Shown here piece by piece: positions 6,242 to 15,069 of a DNA stretch of 64,000 bases; positions within the stretch are counted from its first letter, which is position 1, and each line of letters begins with the position of its first letter. The translations under genes and the position numbers were made by a program. Origin of the DNA: a virus (Duplodnaviria; Caudoviricetes); IMG/VR virus record IMGVR_UViG_3300047565_000101, positions 1 through 64,000 of that record. One strand, written 5' to 3'. The notes beneath the pieces are model-generated. The model was not told the DNA's origin, ran no database searches, and saw only the letters and a list, made by a program, of their open reading frames with translations.

Positions 6242-6450
6242 TAAGACTCCTTAAGCTCTTCTGCTGCTGAATTAAACTTATTCATGAATGTTTGGACTAC
6301 GAACAAAGTTGTCTCATGAGCATTCTTTGACAATGCTTGAAATGCAACTTCATTCTTTTCATCCTCTGGCATCGCCTTGACCCACTTGTTATAAAGATCT
6401 ACTGCAACATCTTCAATGATTCCTTCGAGTACTGTCTGCTTCTTATCCAT
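6241..6450 (-). CDS. Hypothetical protein
   Basis: ORF with GGAGGAG RBS. Confidence 0.7.
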   Translation of the reverse strand: MDKKQTVLEGIIEDVAVDLYNKWVKAMPEDEKNEVAFQALSKNAHETTLFVVQTFMNKFNSAAEELKES

Positions 6451-7366
6451 TTAATGCTCCTCCTAGGTTGATAAGCTTAACATCTAAAACCTTAGCGCTC
6501 TTTACAGTCTTTGCTGTTCTTGAGATCAAGTCATAAATATCTGAGTACGATAGGTTTGGCTTAGCCTGCTTAATTGCAATCCACTGTGCTGCTGCAACTT
6601 GAGTTGATGCAGAAGTACCAGCAACATTGACCTGCACATTTCCTGGCTTCCATGCACGTACGTTACCAATTGCAAAGAAGTCTGTTAGCTTTGGGTCATG
6701 ATTTGTATAAATAGCAACCTCATCATACTGGTCTGTAGCACCAACTGCAATAGCTTCTGGGATACATGAAGGCCAGTCAATTCGGAGGTAGTCACGGTTA
6801 TTTCCAGTTGCAAAGAATGTAGGAACTCCCATTGCAATTAAGTTCTTAATGCTTGTCTGCGTGGTCACTGTCTTAGGGCAATAGTCAACATATGTTCTGA
6901 AATCATGTCGACCTTGTGCCATAGCAACAGCCTGAATATTAAACTTTACCTTATTCTGAATAACCCAATTCAATGCCTTGTAAATAGTTGCTTCGGATGT
7001 AATTTGTCGACGTCCATCTGGTGTATTACCAATGATTCGAATAAATACAACCTTGATATTAGGATTAGCTGCAATTGCAATTGAAGCCATCTGTGTTCCG
7101 TGATCAAATCCATTCTTGGTAAAAATTGCCTGAGGAACTGATGCTGCGCCTGTTCCCTCATTGAATGACTTACCATTTGAGCATGACTCCCAATCAAGGA
7201 TACAAACTTCATGGGCAATCTTATCCTTGAATACTGGAAGTGTTGAGTCCAATGCTGTATCGATAATTGCAATCGTTGGAACTACCTGCTCTGCAGCAGA
7301 TGAGTTATATGTGTTAGGGGTGATAAATAATACGGCAATAAGGGCCGATAGTAGTTTTTTGTTCAT
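6443..7366 (-). CDS. Secreted subtilisin-family (S8) serine peptidase
   Basis: Signal peptide; triad motifs IAIIDT, DHGTQMA, ATGN, AGTSAST. Confidence 0.88.
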   Translation of the reverse strand: MNKKLLSALIAVLFITPNTYNSSAAEQVVPTIAIIDTALDSTLPVFKDKIAHEVCILDWESCSNGKSFNEGTGAASVPQAIFTKNGFDHGTQMASIAIAANPNIKVVFIRIIGNTPDGRRQITSEATIYKALNWVIQNKVKFNIQAVAMAQGRHDFRTYVDYCPKTVTTQTSIKNLIAMGVPTFFATGNNRDYLRIDWPSCIPEAIAVGATDQYDEVAIYTNHDPKLTDFFAIGNVRAWKPGNVQVNVAGTSASTQVAAAQWIAIKQAKPNLSYSDIYDLISRTAKTVKSAKVLDVKLINLGGALNG

Positions 7367-7405
7367 GTCGCCTATTCTAATAAATGATTGACTGCTTGTC
7401 AATAC

Positions 7406-7561
7406 TTATTTGAGATCTTTATACCATTTTTTTGAATCAAGGTTTGGGTCTAGTCCTTGTGATAAGATAAGATTATCTAAGCTCATAGTAAGCAAGTCTA
7501 CTCTAGTTTCGAGTTCAAAAACTTTCTTGTCTAGCTCTTTGATCTTTTTGCTTTTTCTCAT
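7406..7561 (-). CDS. Small coiled-coil protein
   Basis: MRKSKKIKELDKKVFELE... Confidence 0.6.
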   Translation of the reverse strand: MRKSKKIKELDKKVFELETRVDLLTMSLDNLILSQGLDPNLDSKKWYKDLK

Positions 7562-7878
7562 TCCATATTCTCTCTGTCTAGTGGGGTTGGTGCTGTATAG
7601 ATACTTCCGCATTTAATACATTGCATATCAAGGAAGTAGTTAGATATCTCATAGTTTTCAAATACTACTGGGACATTAAATACTGCCGACCCACATATAC
7701 ACTCATGAGTGGGGGTTCCCCTGAGGTCTAGGTTTAGGTCATCATCTTTATCAATAACAACATCATCAAGATCTCTATTATTGAAAACAAGGACTGTGTT
7801 GTTTTTAAAGAAGCTGATTACATTTAAAGTAACAACACCAATTAAGGCCAAGAAGGAAAATCTACCTAACCATTTCAT
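7558..7878 (-). CDS. Membrane-anchored zinc-ribbon protein
   Basis: N-terminal TM; HECICGS...CIKCGS. Confidence 0.65.
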   Translation of the reverse strand: MKWLGRFSFLALIGVVTLNVISFFKNNTVLVFNNRDLDDVVIDKDDDLNLDLRGTPTHECICGSAVFNVPVVFENYEISNYFLDMQCIKCGSIYTAPTPLDRENME

Positions 7879-7892
7879 AATACCATTATACT

Positions 7893-8447
7893 CTAAACTT
7901 GGATGTATGTAAAGGGTGGAGCTACGCTCATTGAGAATTCAGCTGCTGCTTCTAATGCTGTCTTGATACGCATCTTAGGGTTCTTTTGGTTCTTAGTTGC
8001 ATATAATGCACCCATAGCAAAGAATGCTCCGCTACCTTCTGCCATATAGTTTACTACTGCTTCTCCAACATGGAAGTCTTCATCTATAGTAAAGATTCTA
8101 CCTTCGACTCCAACCAAGAATATTCCGCCTTCCGCCTCTTGCCCTGGAACTATGCTGCCATAACCATGAGCTTGAAAAGCATCTTTGATTGAATCGACAA
8201 ACTTAGTTCTTAAAAATTTATCTAAACCTGAATTAGTTTTTGTTGGTGTATACTTTGGTGGATTCCAGTTATATTGCAGGATCTGACCCATTCTAAATGA
8301 ATCAGTAAAAGCAATTGCATACTGACCAACCTTGAAACACTTTGGTTCTTTTCTTGCTATGATCCATCCGCTTTTATCGTCTGAAGCGGCATGGTCAGAC
8401 CCCATATAAACTGTGCCATTTTGCGCTATAGCTACGATACATGTCAT
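7893..8447 (-). CDS. HslV/proteasome-beta-like Ntn peptidase
   Basis: N-terminal MTCIVA (Thr nucleophile), GSD, K..K, AEGSG..A.GAL. Confidence 0.8.
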   Translation of the reverse strand: MTCIVAIAQNGTVYMGSDHAASDDKSGWIIARKEPKCFKVGQYAIAFTDSFRMGQILQYNWNPPKYTPTKTNSGLDKFLRTKFVDSIKDAFQAHGYGSIVPGQEAEGGIFLVGVEGRIFTIDEDFHVGEAVVNYMAEGSGAFFAMGALYATKNQKNPKMRIKTALEAAAEFSMSVAPPFTYIQV

Positions 8448-8470
8448 GCTATAAGTATACTAAATATATA

Positions 8471-8788
8471 TTATGGCTGCTGGCCATCATTTGTTTCTAA
8501 ATGAACTAATGACAATTTAACTAGGGTATCCTCAAGCTCATATCTGACGGAAATAAGCTCCTTCATGGCGGAATAATATTTATCCTTCCACTCAACAAGG
8601 TCCTTTTCAAGCTGATATAATTTAATTTGAAGATCTTTTAGCTCAAGCCTTAATAAATCATGCTCACGCTCAGCAACTCGTACAGCTTCTTTCTTAGAAT
8701 CCTGTTTTTTAGTCACCAAAGTCGTAGCAAGACCGCTTACTACTGAAGCTAAAATAGCTATTACAATGGCTTGAAGTTCTGGGGACAT
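8471..8788 (-). CDS. TM plus coiled-coil protein
   Basis: N-terminal hydrophobic helix, then heptad repeats. Confidence 0.65.
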   Translation of the reverse strand: MSPELQAIVIAILASVVSGLATTLVTKKQDSKKEAVRVAEREHDLLRLELKDLQIKLYQLEKDLVEWKDKYYSAMKELISVRYELEDTLVKLSLVHLETNDGQQP

Positions 8789-8813
8789 TAAACTAATTAT
8801 ACATTAGTATTGA

Positions 8814-9050
8814 TTAAATTAATAACTCCGAGGCTGAAATGTCGTTACCAATATATCTCTTTTTAAGGATAAAGTCTCTTACTGCCTCTGATCCATACTG
8901 TCTTCCAGCCAAAATAATAGTCCATCTAGGCTCAAATTTGGCTGAAATGCACGTTTCGCACATTAATAGGTTGATCGGAATCAATGATGACTTCTTAGCA
9001 TTAAGCTTGTTCTTAGGCTTGTTACATGAATAACAAAGAATTTTTTCCAT
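8814..9050 (-). CDS. Zinc-finger hypothetical protein
   Basis: CYSC...CETC. Confidence 0.7.
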   Translation of the reverse strand: MEKILCYSCNKPKNKLNAKKSSLIPINLLMCETCISAKFEPRWTIILAGRQYGSEAVRDFILKKRYIGNDISASELLI

Positions 9051-9087
9051 TAGTTTGTAAAACCTCTCGTAAGTATACTATTATACA

Positions 9088-9282
9088 CTATTCCTCCTGG
9101 ATATGTGTAAAGACTATTTCATCAACTATTGCAAAATCTTCATTTTCTAATAGTTCTTCAATTTCTAGTCCATCTTTTTCGTACTTTACTACAGAAGCAA
9201 ATGCACCTAGACTTTCTACGGTTCCAAATGTCTTCTCTTCGTGGATAAATACCACATTGATTACATCATAGCTTTCTTTCAC
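9088..9282 (-). CDS. Hypothetical protein
   Basis: ORF track. Confidence 0.65.
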   Translation of the reverse strand: MKESYDVINVVFIHEEKTFGTVESLGAFASVVKYEKDGLEIEELLENEDFAIVDEIVFTHIQEE

Positions 9283-9583
9283 CAGGTTTTCCTTCCAGCT
9301 CGACTCTTACTCCATATGATTCAAGTACCTTTTTAACTAATTCAATATACTCAATAACACGCATCTTTGCTGATCCGTCGTATTGACCAAAATTATCCTC
9401 ATACAGTCTAATTGCTAGAAAGTCTGGATACTCTACGATATCCATTTGTAGGTCAGTGACTGGCCTTACTATCTCTCTTACTTTCTTTGCCATATCTTTT
9501 GTATAGAATACAGGCTTATTGGGATCTCCCGTCCACCAGTTCATTCCATGCTTAAAATGGTCTTTGTCTTTATCAATGTACAT
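9266..9583 (-). CDS. Hypothetical protein
   Basis: ORF track. Confidence 0.7.
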   Translation of the reverse strand: MYIDKDKDHFKHGMNWWTGDPNKPVFYTKDMAKKVREIVRPVTDLQMDIVEYPDFLAIRLYEDNFGQYDGSAKMRVIEYIELVKKVLESYGVRVELEGKPGERKL

Positions 9584-9884
9584 TGCTTTTCCTTAATCTA
9601 TCCCAGATCTCTGGTGTCTTATGAATATTTCTTGCCTTATCAATTGAGCCAGAGTTTAAATAAACTCCGCCCCACACACCATATTCATTATTATCAACAG
9701 CGTTCTTATAACAAACTGATATGACTGGACATGCTAGGCAAGCCTCATCAATATTTTTTGCAATGCTTACATCTGCTTCATATTTATCATAGAATAGATT
9801 GGTTTCCATGCCCTTACATAGAGCGAGATCTTCCCAACCAAAATCATCTATATCAATGCCTAATTCATCTAAAATGTTTGACAT
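9573..9884 (-). CDS. whiB: WhiB-family Fe-S transcription factor
   Basis: W...ALC...F(Y)...CLACPVISVC...EYGVWGG. Confidence 0.92.
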   Translation of the reverse strand: MSNILDELGIDIDDFGWEDLALCKGMETNLFYDKYEADVSIAKNIDEACLACPVISVCYKNAVDNNEYGVWGGVYLNSGSIDKARNIHKTPEIWDRLRKSNVH

Positions 9885-10098
9885 ACTTTAGCGGTAACTT
9901 CCATATTCCTTGACTGTCAACAGAAAATTTTTCTGATGTTCCCCAAGCATTCCGCCTAAACATGCCTTTTTTACTTGTAAATCCAGTAGGTGTTTTATTC
10001 CATATGATTAAGTCGTAGTTTTCCCAAAACGTATCCTGGAAGTCTGACTTAGCCTTATTAATAAATACTTCTACACCCTTCTCATTTAGATGCAACAT
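9865..10098 (-). CDS. Hypothetical protein
   Basis: GGAGAG RBS; ORF track. Confidence 0.7.
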   Translation of the reverse strand: MLHLNEKGVEVFINKAKSDFQDTFWENYDLIIWNKTPTGFTSKKGMFRRNAWGTSEKFSVDSQGIWKLPLKYVKHFR

Positions 10099-10114
10099 AC
10101 TATCTCTCCATTTG

Positions 10115-10196
10115 TACCCGAAGTCGGACTTGAACCGACATGCTGTGAAGCAGCAAATTTTAAGTCTGCCGTGTATACCTATTCCACCATTCGGGC
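10115..10196 (-). tRNA. tRNA-Leu(TAA)
   Basis: GCAGA-CT-TAA-AA-TTTGC; long variable arm. Confidence 0.93.
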
Positions 10197-10201
10197 ATAC
10201 G

Positions 10202-10274
10202 CTGGGAATGCAGGCATCGATCCTGCGACATCCGAATTAACAGTTCGGCGCTCTACCATCTGAGCTAATTCCCA
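10202..10274 (-). tRNA. tRNA-Asn(GTT)
   Basis: CCGAA-CT-GTT-AA-TTCGG; atypical T-loop ATCGATG. Confidence 0.9.
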
Positions 10275-10281
10275 ATAGATG

Positions 10282-10334
10282 CACAAACCGTAGCATCTTG
10301 TATAATTATACAATAAATACTACGGCTGTGTCAA
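10282..10334 (-). promoter_or_regulatory. tRNA promoter inside a long inverted repeat
   Basis: TTGACA-N18-TATAAT; TTGTATAATTATACAA palindrome at 10298-10313. Confidence 0.7.
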
Positions 10335-10342
10335 TCTTTTTT

Positions 10343-11275
10343 TTACTTGTTTTTGTTAATTAAAGAATAAGGATTAAAGCTAGAGAAAAATGATGACTTC
10401 TCCATCTTCTTTACTGGCACACAATTAGGCACCATTCTTCCACCCTTTTCTTTCATTCCTTCTTGCTTGTAACCAGACCAGCAAGCTTTCTCCATATTGT
10501 TCCACTTATCTTCATCTTCATTATCTGATTCGTAAGACTTGCTAACACAATCTGGGCAATCCTCACAAGACATACCGCCTTGCTTGCACATATCGCATGA
10601 ACAAGATTCAGCTGCCTTAACTACTGGCCAATTAACTTCATTCTTGTCTGGATCTCCAACTGGAGCTACTTCTTCTTGCTCCATACCAGCATCTTCTGGA
10701 TCTCCTGGCTCTGGCATTTCTTCTCCATCTTCCATTCCATCTTTTTCTGGCATCTCAATCATTGACTCAATTGCTTCATGTAAAGCTTCTACTAAAACAT
10801 ATAGCTGCTCTCTTGTTACCTCTGGTCTCAAGGCCTTCTGCATATCTTCATCATCTTCAATAACAATTTCATCTGTAATTGGATCAACTAATTCTGTTAT
10901 TATGTCCTTGATCTCTTCAGCGAACTCATTGAAATCTTCATTGCTCTTTTTCATATTCTTTTCACGCTCAACAATTTTCTTAGACCATGAGAATCCAGCG
11001 TCTCCGCCCCATGCATCCCACATAATTCTTCCATTTGATGGATTAGATGTGTTATAAAAATCTTGGCCCTTCTTATCTACTTCGTGACGGGCAAAGAAGG
11101 AATACATGCGCTTAACTGTTGACAAGCTAAGAGACTCTCCTCTTGATAATTGTCCAGCTCTTGTCCATCCAACTGCTGTACCAGCACCTGTTGCCTTACC
11201 CTGTTCTTTCCAGCGAATAGCTCTACGTGCTGCTGCCTGCATTCCAGATGTAGGCTTGTATCCTTCTTTTGCCAT
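10343..11275 (-). CDS. Multi-module hypothetical protein (basic N-domain, acidic linker, Cys cluster, CWxGY..VPNCVP motif)
   Basis: ORF track; motif inspection. Confidence 0.75.
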   Translation of the reverse strand: MAKEGYKPTSGMQAAARRAIRWKEQGKATGAGTAVGWTRAGQLSRGESLSLSTVKRMYSFFARHEVDKKGQDFYNTSNPSNGRIMWDAWGGDAGFSWSKKIVEREKNMKKSNEDFNEFAEEIKDIITELVDPITDEIVIEDDEDMQKALRPEVTREQLYVLVEALHEAIESMIEMPEKDGMEDGEEMPEPGDPEDAGMEQEEVAPVGDPDKNEVNWPVVKAAESCSCDMCKQGGMSCEDCPDCVSKSYESDNEDEDKWNNMEKACWSGYKQEGMKEKGGRMVPNCVPVKKMEKSSFFSSFNPYSLINKNK

Positions 11276-11418
11276 CAGTTCTCCCTAATATCTACTATTT
11301 TATAATTTGTTATTGTATCATCAACACCAAAGATGTCGCTGATATAATCAATTGCATCATCCTCATTAAATGCCTGAATATTGGCCTTAATCTCTAGCTT
11401 GATGCTATAAGTGTTCAT
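11275..11418 (-). CDS. 47-aa hypothetical protein (leaderless)
   Basis: MNTYSIKLEIKANIQAFNEDDAIDY...; TATACT 6 nt upstream. Confidence 0.65.
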   Translation of the reverse strand: MNTYSIKLEIKANIQAFNEDDAIDYISDIFGVDDTITNYKIVDIREN

Positions 11419-11451
11419 ATTCATAGTATACCATTTAGGAGATTTTTTTGC

Positions 11452-11754
11452 CTAGCCAACATTTGCTGCTGCCTTTGCTGAAATCTGACGATTTTCAACC
11501 TCAACGTCAGCTACTGTCTTTGCACCCTTATCTACTGCTGAGAATGCAGCATTGATTTCATCAAGAGTTAGCTTTCCGTCATCCATAAATGCTCTAGCAA
11601 GCTTTTCTACAACTGCTGCAACTGCGGTAAGTCCAGCAACTGTTATTGCTGTAATTGTATCAACACCAGCAATTGCGCCAGCTCCGATTACGCTTAATCC
11701 AGATGCTGCAAATACTGCAACAATACGCATAAGTACGTTATTTAAACTTTTCAT
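11452..11754 (-). CDS. Membrane protein (holin-like)
   Basis: Two TM segments plus DDGKLTLDEINAAF tail. Confidence 0.6.
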   Translation of the reverse strand: MKSLNNVLMRIVAVFAASGLSVIGAGAIAGVDTITAITVAGLTAVAAVVEKLARAFMDDGKLTLDEINAAFSAVDKGAKTVADVEVENRQISAKAAANVG

Positions 11755-11755
11755 A

Positions 11756-11926
11756 TTAATCCTCCTCTCTATTTCGTATTGGATAACTTAATATCCAAGT
11801 TGTTGTTGTTACTATGATTCCATAACCAACAACAGTCTTTGCACTTCCGTCCAAAACTACCCAAGCGATAAACATGCCCAAAAGGGTCCATTGTTGATCA
11901 AGGATATCTTTGATTAGTTTTACCAT
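11756..11926 (-). CDS. 56-aa two-TM membrane protein
   Basis: QQWTLLGMFIAWVVLDGSAKTVVGYGII. Confidence 0.7.
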   Translation of the reverse strand: MVKLIKDILDQQWTLLGMFIAWVVLDGSAKTVVGYGIIVTTTTWILSYPIRNREED

Positions 11927-14097
11927 TTTTCGTTCCTCCTTGAACCACCTGAATTTGCACCACTACTTGAACCACCTGAGGGAGCACTTGGTGCTGATCC
12001 TCCAGTAGCCAAACCTACAGCATTAAGAGCTGCTCCAGTTGCCACAACAGTGGCTACAACCATATCTGTAGCCTCTTCTCTCTCTTCTGGTGTCATATCT
12101 GCACCAATGCTTCCTAAAGCCGCTAAAGCCGCTCCTGGGTCTGTTAAAGCTGCTTCTAGCAGAGCACCTGGATCCTGAATTAATTCAACATTGGCTGCAA
12201 CCTCTGCTGTAATAACAAGAACATTTCCATTCTCATCAGTACGTACTTCAACTGGCGTTGCAGGTGGAAGATCTGCATAAGATACTCCTGATGCCTTGAC
12301 CTCTGCTGCTGAAATAGATTCTCCTGGCTTTAGGTCTGCTACTAATGCTTCTACCACTACCGACTTTTCTTCAGCTGTTAGCTCTTTCCCAGCCTTAGCC
12401 TCTTCTGCTAATTTATTTAATCTTTCTTCCTCTGCTTTTTTAGCTTCTGCTTCTGCCTTGGCCTTATCTTCTTCAGCCTTTGCCTTTGCTTCCTCTGCAG
12501 CTTTTTGCTCTTCTAGTTTCTTGGCATCTTCTTCAGCCTTGGCTTTAGCGTCTGCCTCTGCTTTAGCCTTTTCTTCTTCTGCTGCTTTAGCTTTTGCTTC
12601 GGCCTCTAGCCTATCTGCTTCTGCTTTATCTGCTTCAGCCTGTGCCTTTGCAGCTGCCTCTTCTGCTGCTATACGATCTGCTTCTGCTTTTTTAGCTGCT
12701 TCCTCAGCAGCAATTCTATCTGCTTCTGCTTTTGCTGCAGCCTCCGCTGCTGCCTTTGCCTCTACCTCTGCCTTAATTCTTGCAGCCTCTGCAGCAATTC
12801 TAGACTGCTCCGCCTCGTATGCTTGCTGTGCTGCTATTCTTGCATTCTCTGCGGCTATAGCGGCAAGTCTTGCCTGCTCCGCTGCTGCTCTTTCTGCTTC
12901 TTCATTTGCTAATGTTTGATTAACTATAGAATTTGCTGCGCTAACAGCATTATTCATATCAACAATGGTGGTTCCTACATCCAATAAAGCTAAGCTTAAT
13001 TCATTTTGAGCATCTAAAAGATTTTGTTCTGCTTGGATCAAATCTTCTTCCGCTGTAGCTAGATCTTCATCAAGTATATCAAGCGCTGCCTGTGCAACCT
13101 GAAGATTTTCTTGTGCTGCTTGAAGTGTTTGTATTTGTTCTGGTGAGGCGCTAGATGTACTAAATTCAGATCCTGGTATTACATACCATCCATTTCCAGT
13201 GTTCTTCATTAAAACAACATTAGCTCCTCCGCCATTTTCATAATACCAGAGGGTAAAGTCTTTTCCTGTTCCTGCAACAGTTTGAACCCCAGAAATGGAT
13301 CCTCCACCACCTTTATCAAACCAGTCATTAATTACAAGCTGTCCGTCTAAATAAATTTGAACGCCGTCATCTGCTGGCGCATATAAATATGTTGTTCCAG
13401 TATAAGTTGGTGTCCAAATGCCGTCCCATCTTACTTTAAAGTCATCATTTGCCATGACTAAATTTGCATTGGCATCAAAGTTTTCATTAATACCGTTAGT
13501 ATCAGTAACAACTCTAGCCACCGTTCCCACATTAAGTGGAGGGGCATTATTATATCCAGGATTATGTATAACTGTCATGGTTAATCCAGAAGATGTATTT
13601 TCATTTACTACTGCTGTAGCAGATTCTAATACCGATGTCTTGTCTTCCACTACCGCAGTCTGAGACTCTACTGCTATTTCTAATACAGCAACATTCTCTT
13701 CAGCCTCTTCCACCAAGACTGTAGCTGAGTCAACCTGAATAATAGCAAGAGTAGCGGTATCTACAGCTAACTGGGCCTGCATTATAGAATTATTTGCTTG
13801 TTGAATAGTGGCTGTGACTGTATCTGTAACAGTCGTGATTGCTGTTGCATTGCTTTCTATTGTAGCAGTCTGAGATTCGGCTTGTAATATTGCAGTATTT
13901 GCAGATTCAATAATTTGTGTAGGAGCCTGTATTGTAACAGTAGATGTATCTGATATTTGGATTGAACCAATTGTTGACGTAGTTGGCTCACCAACTTGTA
14001 CTGTTGTCTCGTCAGCGTTGGCTACACTAGGACCAATAAGGAAAAGCCAGCCTGTTATAAATAGGCTGGTAGAAACGTACTTAAACTTTCTGGTCAA
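11920..14097 (-). CDS. Secreted/membrane-anchored PA14-domain protein with long Ala/Glu/Lys coiled-coil stalk
   Basis: Signal peptide; PA14 motifs DDFKVRWDG, ADDGVQIYLDGQLVINDW, YYENGGGA; AEADRIAAEEAA repeats; C-terminal hydrophobic segment. Confidence 0.8.
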   Translation of the reverse strand: MTRKFKYVSTSLFITGWLFLIGPSVANADETTVQVGEPTTSTIGSIQISDTSTVTIQAPTQIIESANTAILQAESQTATIESNATAITTVTDTVTATIQQANNSIMQAQLAVDTATLAIIQVDSATVLVEEAEENVAVLEIAVESQTAVVEDKTSVLESATAVVNENTSSGLTMTVIHNPGYNNAPPLNVGTVARVVTDTNGINENFDANANLVMANDDFKVRWDGIWTPTYTGTTYLYAPADDGVQIYLDGQLVINDWFDKGGGGSISGVQTVAGTGKDFTLWYYENGGGANVVLMKNTGNGWYVIPGSEFSTSSASPEQIQTLQAAQENLQVAQAALDILDEDLATAEEDLIQAEQNLLDAQNELSLALLDVGTTIVDMNNAVSAANSIVNQTLANEEAERAAAEQARLAAIAAENARIAAQQAYEAEQSRIAAEAARIKAEVEAKAAAEAAAKAEADRIAAEEAAKKAEADRIAAEEAAAKAQAEADKAEADRLEAEAKAKAAEEEKAKAEADAKAKAEEDAKKLEEQKAAEEAKAKAEEDKAKAEAEAKKAEEERLNKLAEEAKAGKELTAEEKSVVVEALVADLKPGESISAAEVKASGVSYADLPPATPVEVRTDENGNVLVITAEVAANVELIQDPGALLEAALTDPGAALAALGSIGADMTPEEREEATDMVVATVVATGAALNAVGLATGGSAPSAPSGGSSSGANSGGSRRNEKW

Positions 14098-14156
14098 TTA
14101 GGATCTCCTAAGTAGTCAAACTTTAACTACTTAGCAATTATATCATGCTAAAGTAT

Positions 14157-14606
14157 TTAATTAAGAGCTGTATATGTACCAGAAATATGGAAGTTATCTG
14201 CAACTGCAAGGGTCGTTGGGTTATTGTAAACAAATGGTACATCGAATACAGTGTTCCCTGATGCATCTGTGCTTCCAAGTGTTAGTCTTGACTGCCCAGC
14301 ATAAACATGACCAGTGATCGCATAGTCTATACCAGAAGAAATATCGTGTAAGCATCCTTCTCTAAACTTGTAGCTATACCTAGATGGGAAAGGAAGATCC
14401 ACATAGTATTGTCCAGTACCAAAACTGGTTATATTGTCCATGTCTACCTGTATTTGAAAATGAACTAAAGATCCAGTTTTTATATAAGATCCGCTAAAAA
14501 GTGGCGCTCCATTGAATGTAGGCTGTGAACCAAGAGTCCCACCACTTACAGCAAAATCACTTTCGATAGTTGTTGGTGCAGTTATTGATATCTTTGAATT
14601 CTTCAT
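14157..14606 (-). CDS. Beta-rich protein, probable virion/fibre-tip domain
   Basis: GSYIKTGSLVHFQI...GTGQYYVDLPF...ISGTY pattern. Confidence 0.55.
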   Translation of the reverse strand: MKNSKISITAPTTIESDFAVSGGTLGSQPTFNGAPLFSGSYIKTGSLVHFQIQVDMDNITSFGTGQYYVDLPFPSRYSYKFREGCLHDISSGIDYAITGHVYAGQSRLTLGSTDASGNTVFDVPFVYNNPTTLAVADNFHISGTYTALN

Positions 14607-14872
14607 CGTATATCCAGGCTTAGTACAGCTATCTTAACTCCTGAATCTCCTATAGCAAATATGCTATCAAATGGGTCCAGTTGAATTGTAAAAGATTGTC
14701 CTGGATACAGCTTATGACCGTAATCAATAGAAGACACAGATTCTGTGCCTATATATGCATATCCAGAGGTCATTATGTTTTGTATTGATAATGCTATTGG
14801 AGGATCTACTTCTCCGCTAGAAGTAAGATCTTCTGGTGTTGTTGATAGAGTCACTATCCTCGTTCTTATCAT
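14603..14872 (-). CDS. Small beta-rich hypothetical protein
   Basis: SIQN...YIG...V....G.KL.PG; leaderless. Confidence 0.65.
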   Translation of the reverse strand: MIRTRIVTLSTTPEDLTSSGEVDPPIALSIQNIMTSGYAYIGTESVSSIDYGHKLYPGQSFTIQLDPFDSIFAIGDSGVKIAVLSLDIR

Positions 14873-14886
14873 GGATTAATTATACC

Positions 14887-15069
14887 CTACTTAGGATTAT
14901 CGGTTTTATAGAACCCGCTGCCTTTAAATTGAATTCCAGTTGGAGTGTAATGTCTTCCCATCTGTTTCTCGCATAGCTCACATGTTTGCTCTGGCTTATA
15001 GTCAGAAATCGACATCTTTACTTGTACTACTTCATTATTACATTCACACTTATACTCATAAACTGGCAT
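14887..15069 (-). CDS. FmdB-family zinc-ribbon protein
   Basis: MPVYEYKCEC...CELC...FKGSGFYKTD. Confidence 0.88.
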   Translation of the reverse strand: MPVYEYKCECNNEVVQVKMSISDYKPEQTCELCEKQMGRHYTPTGIQFKGSGFYKTDNPK

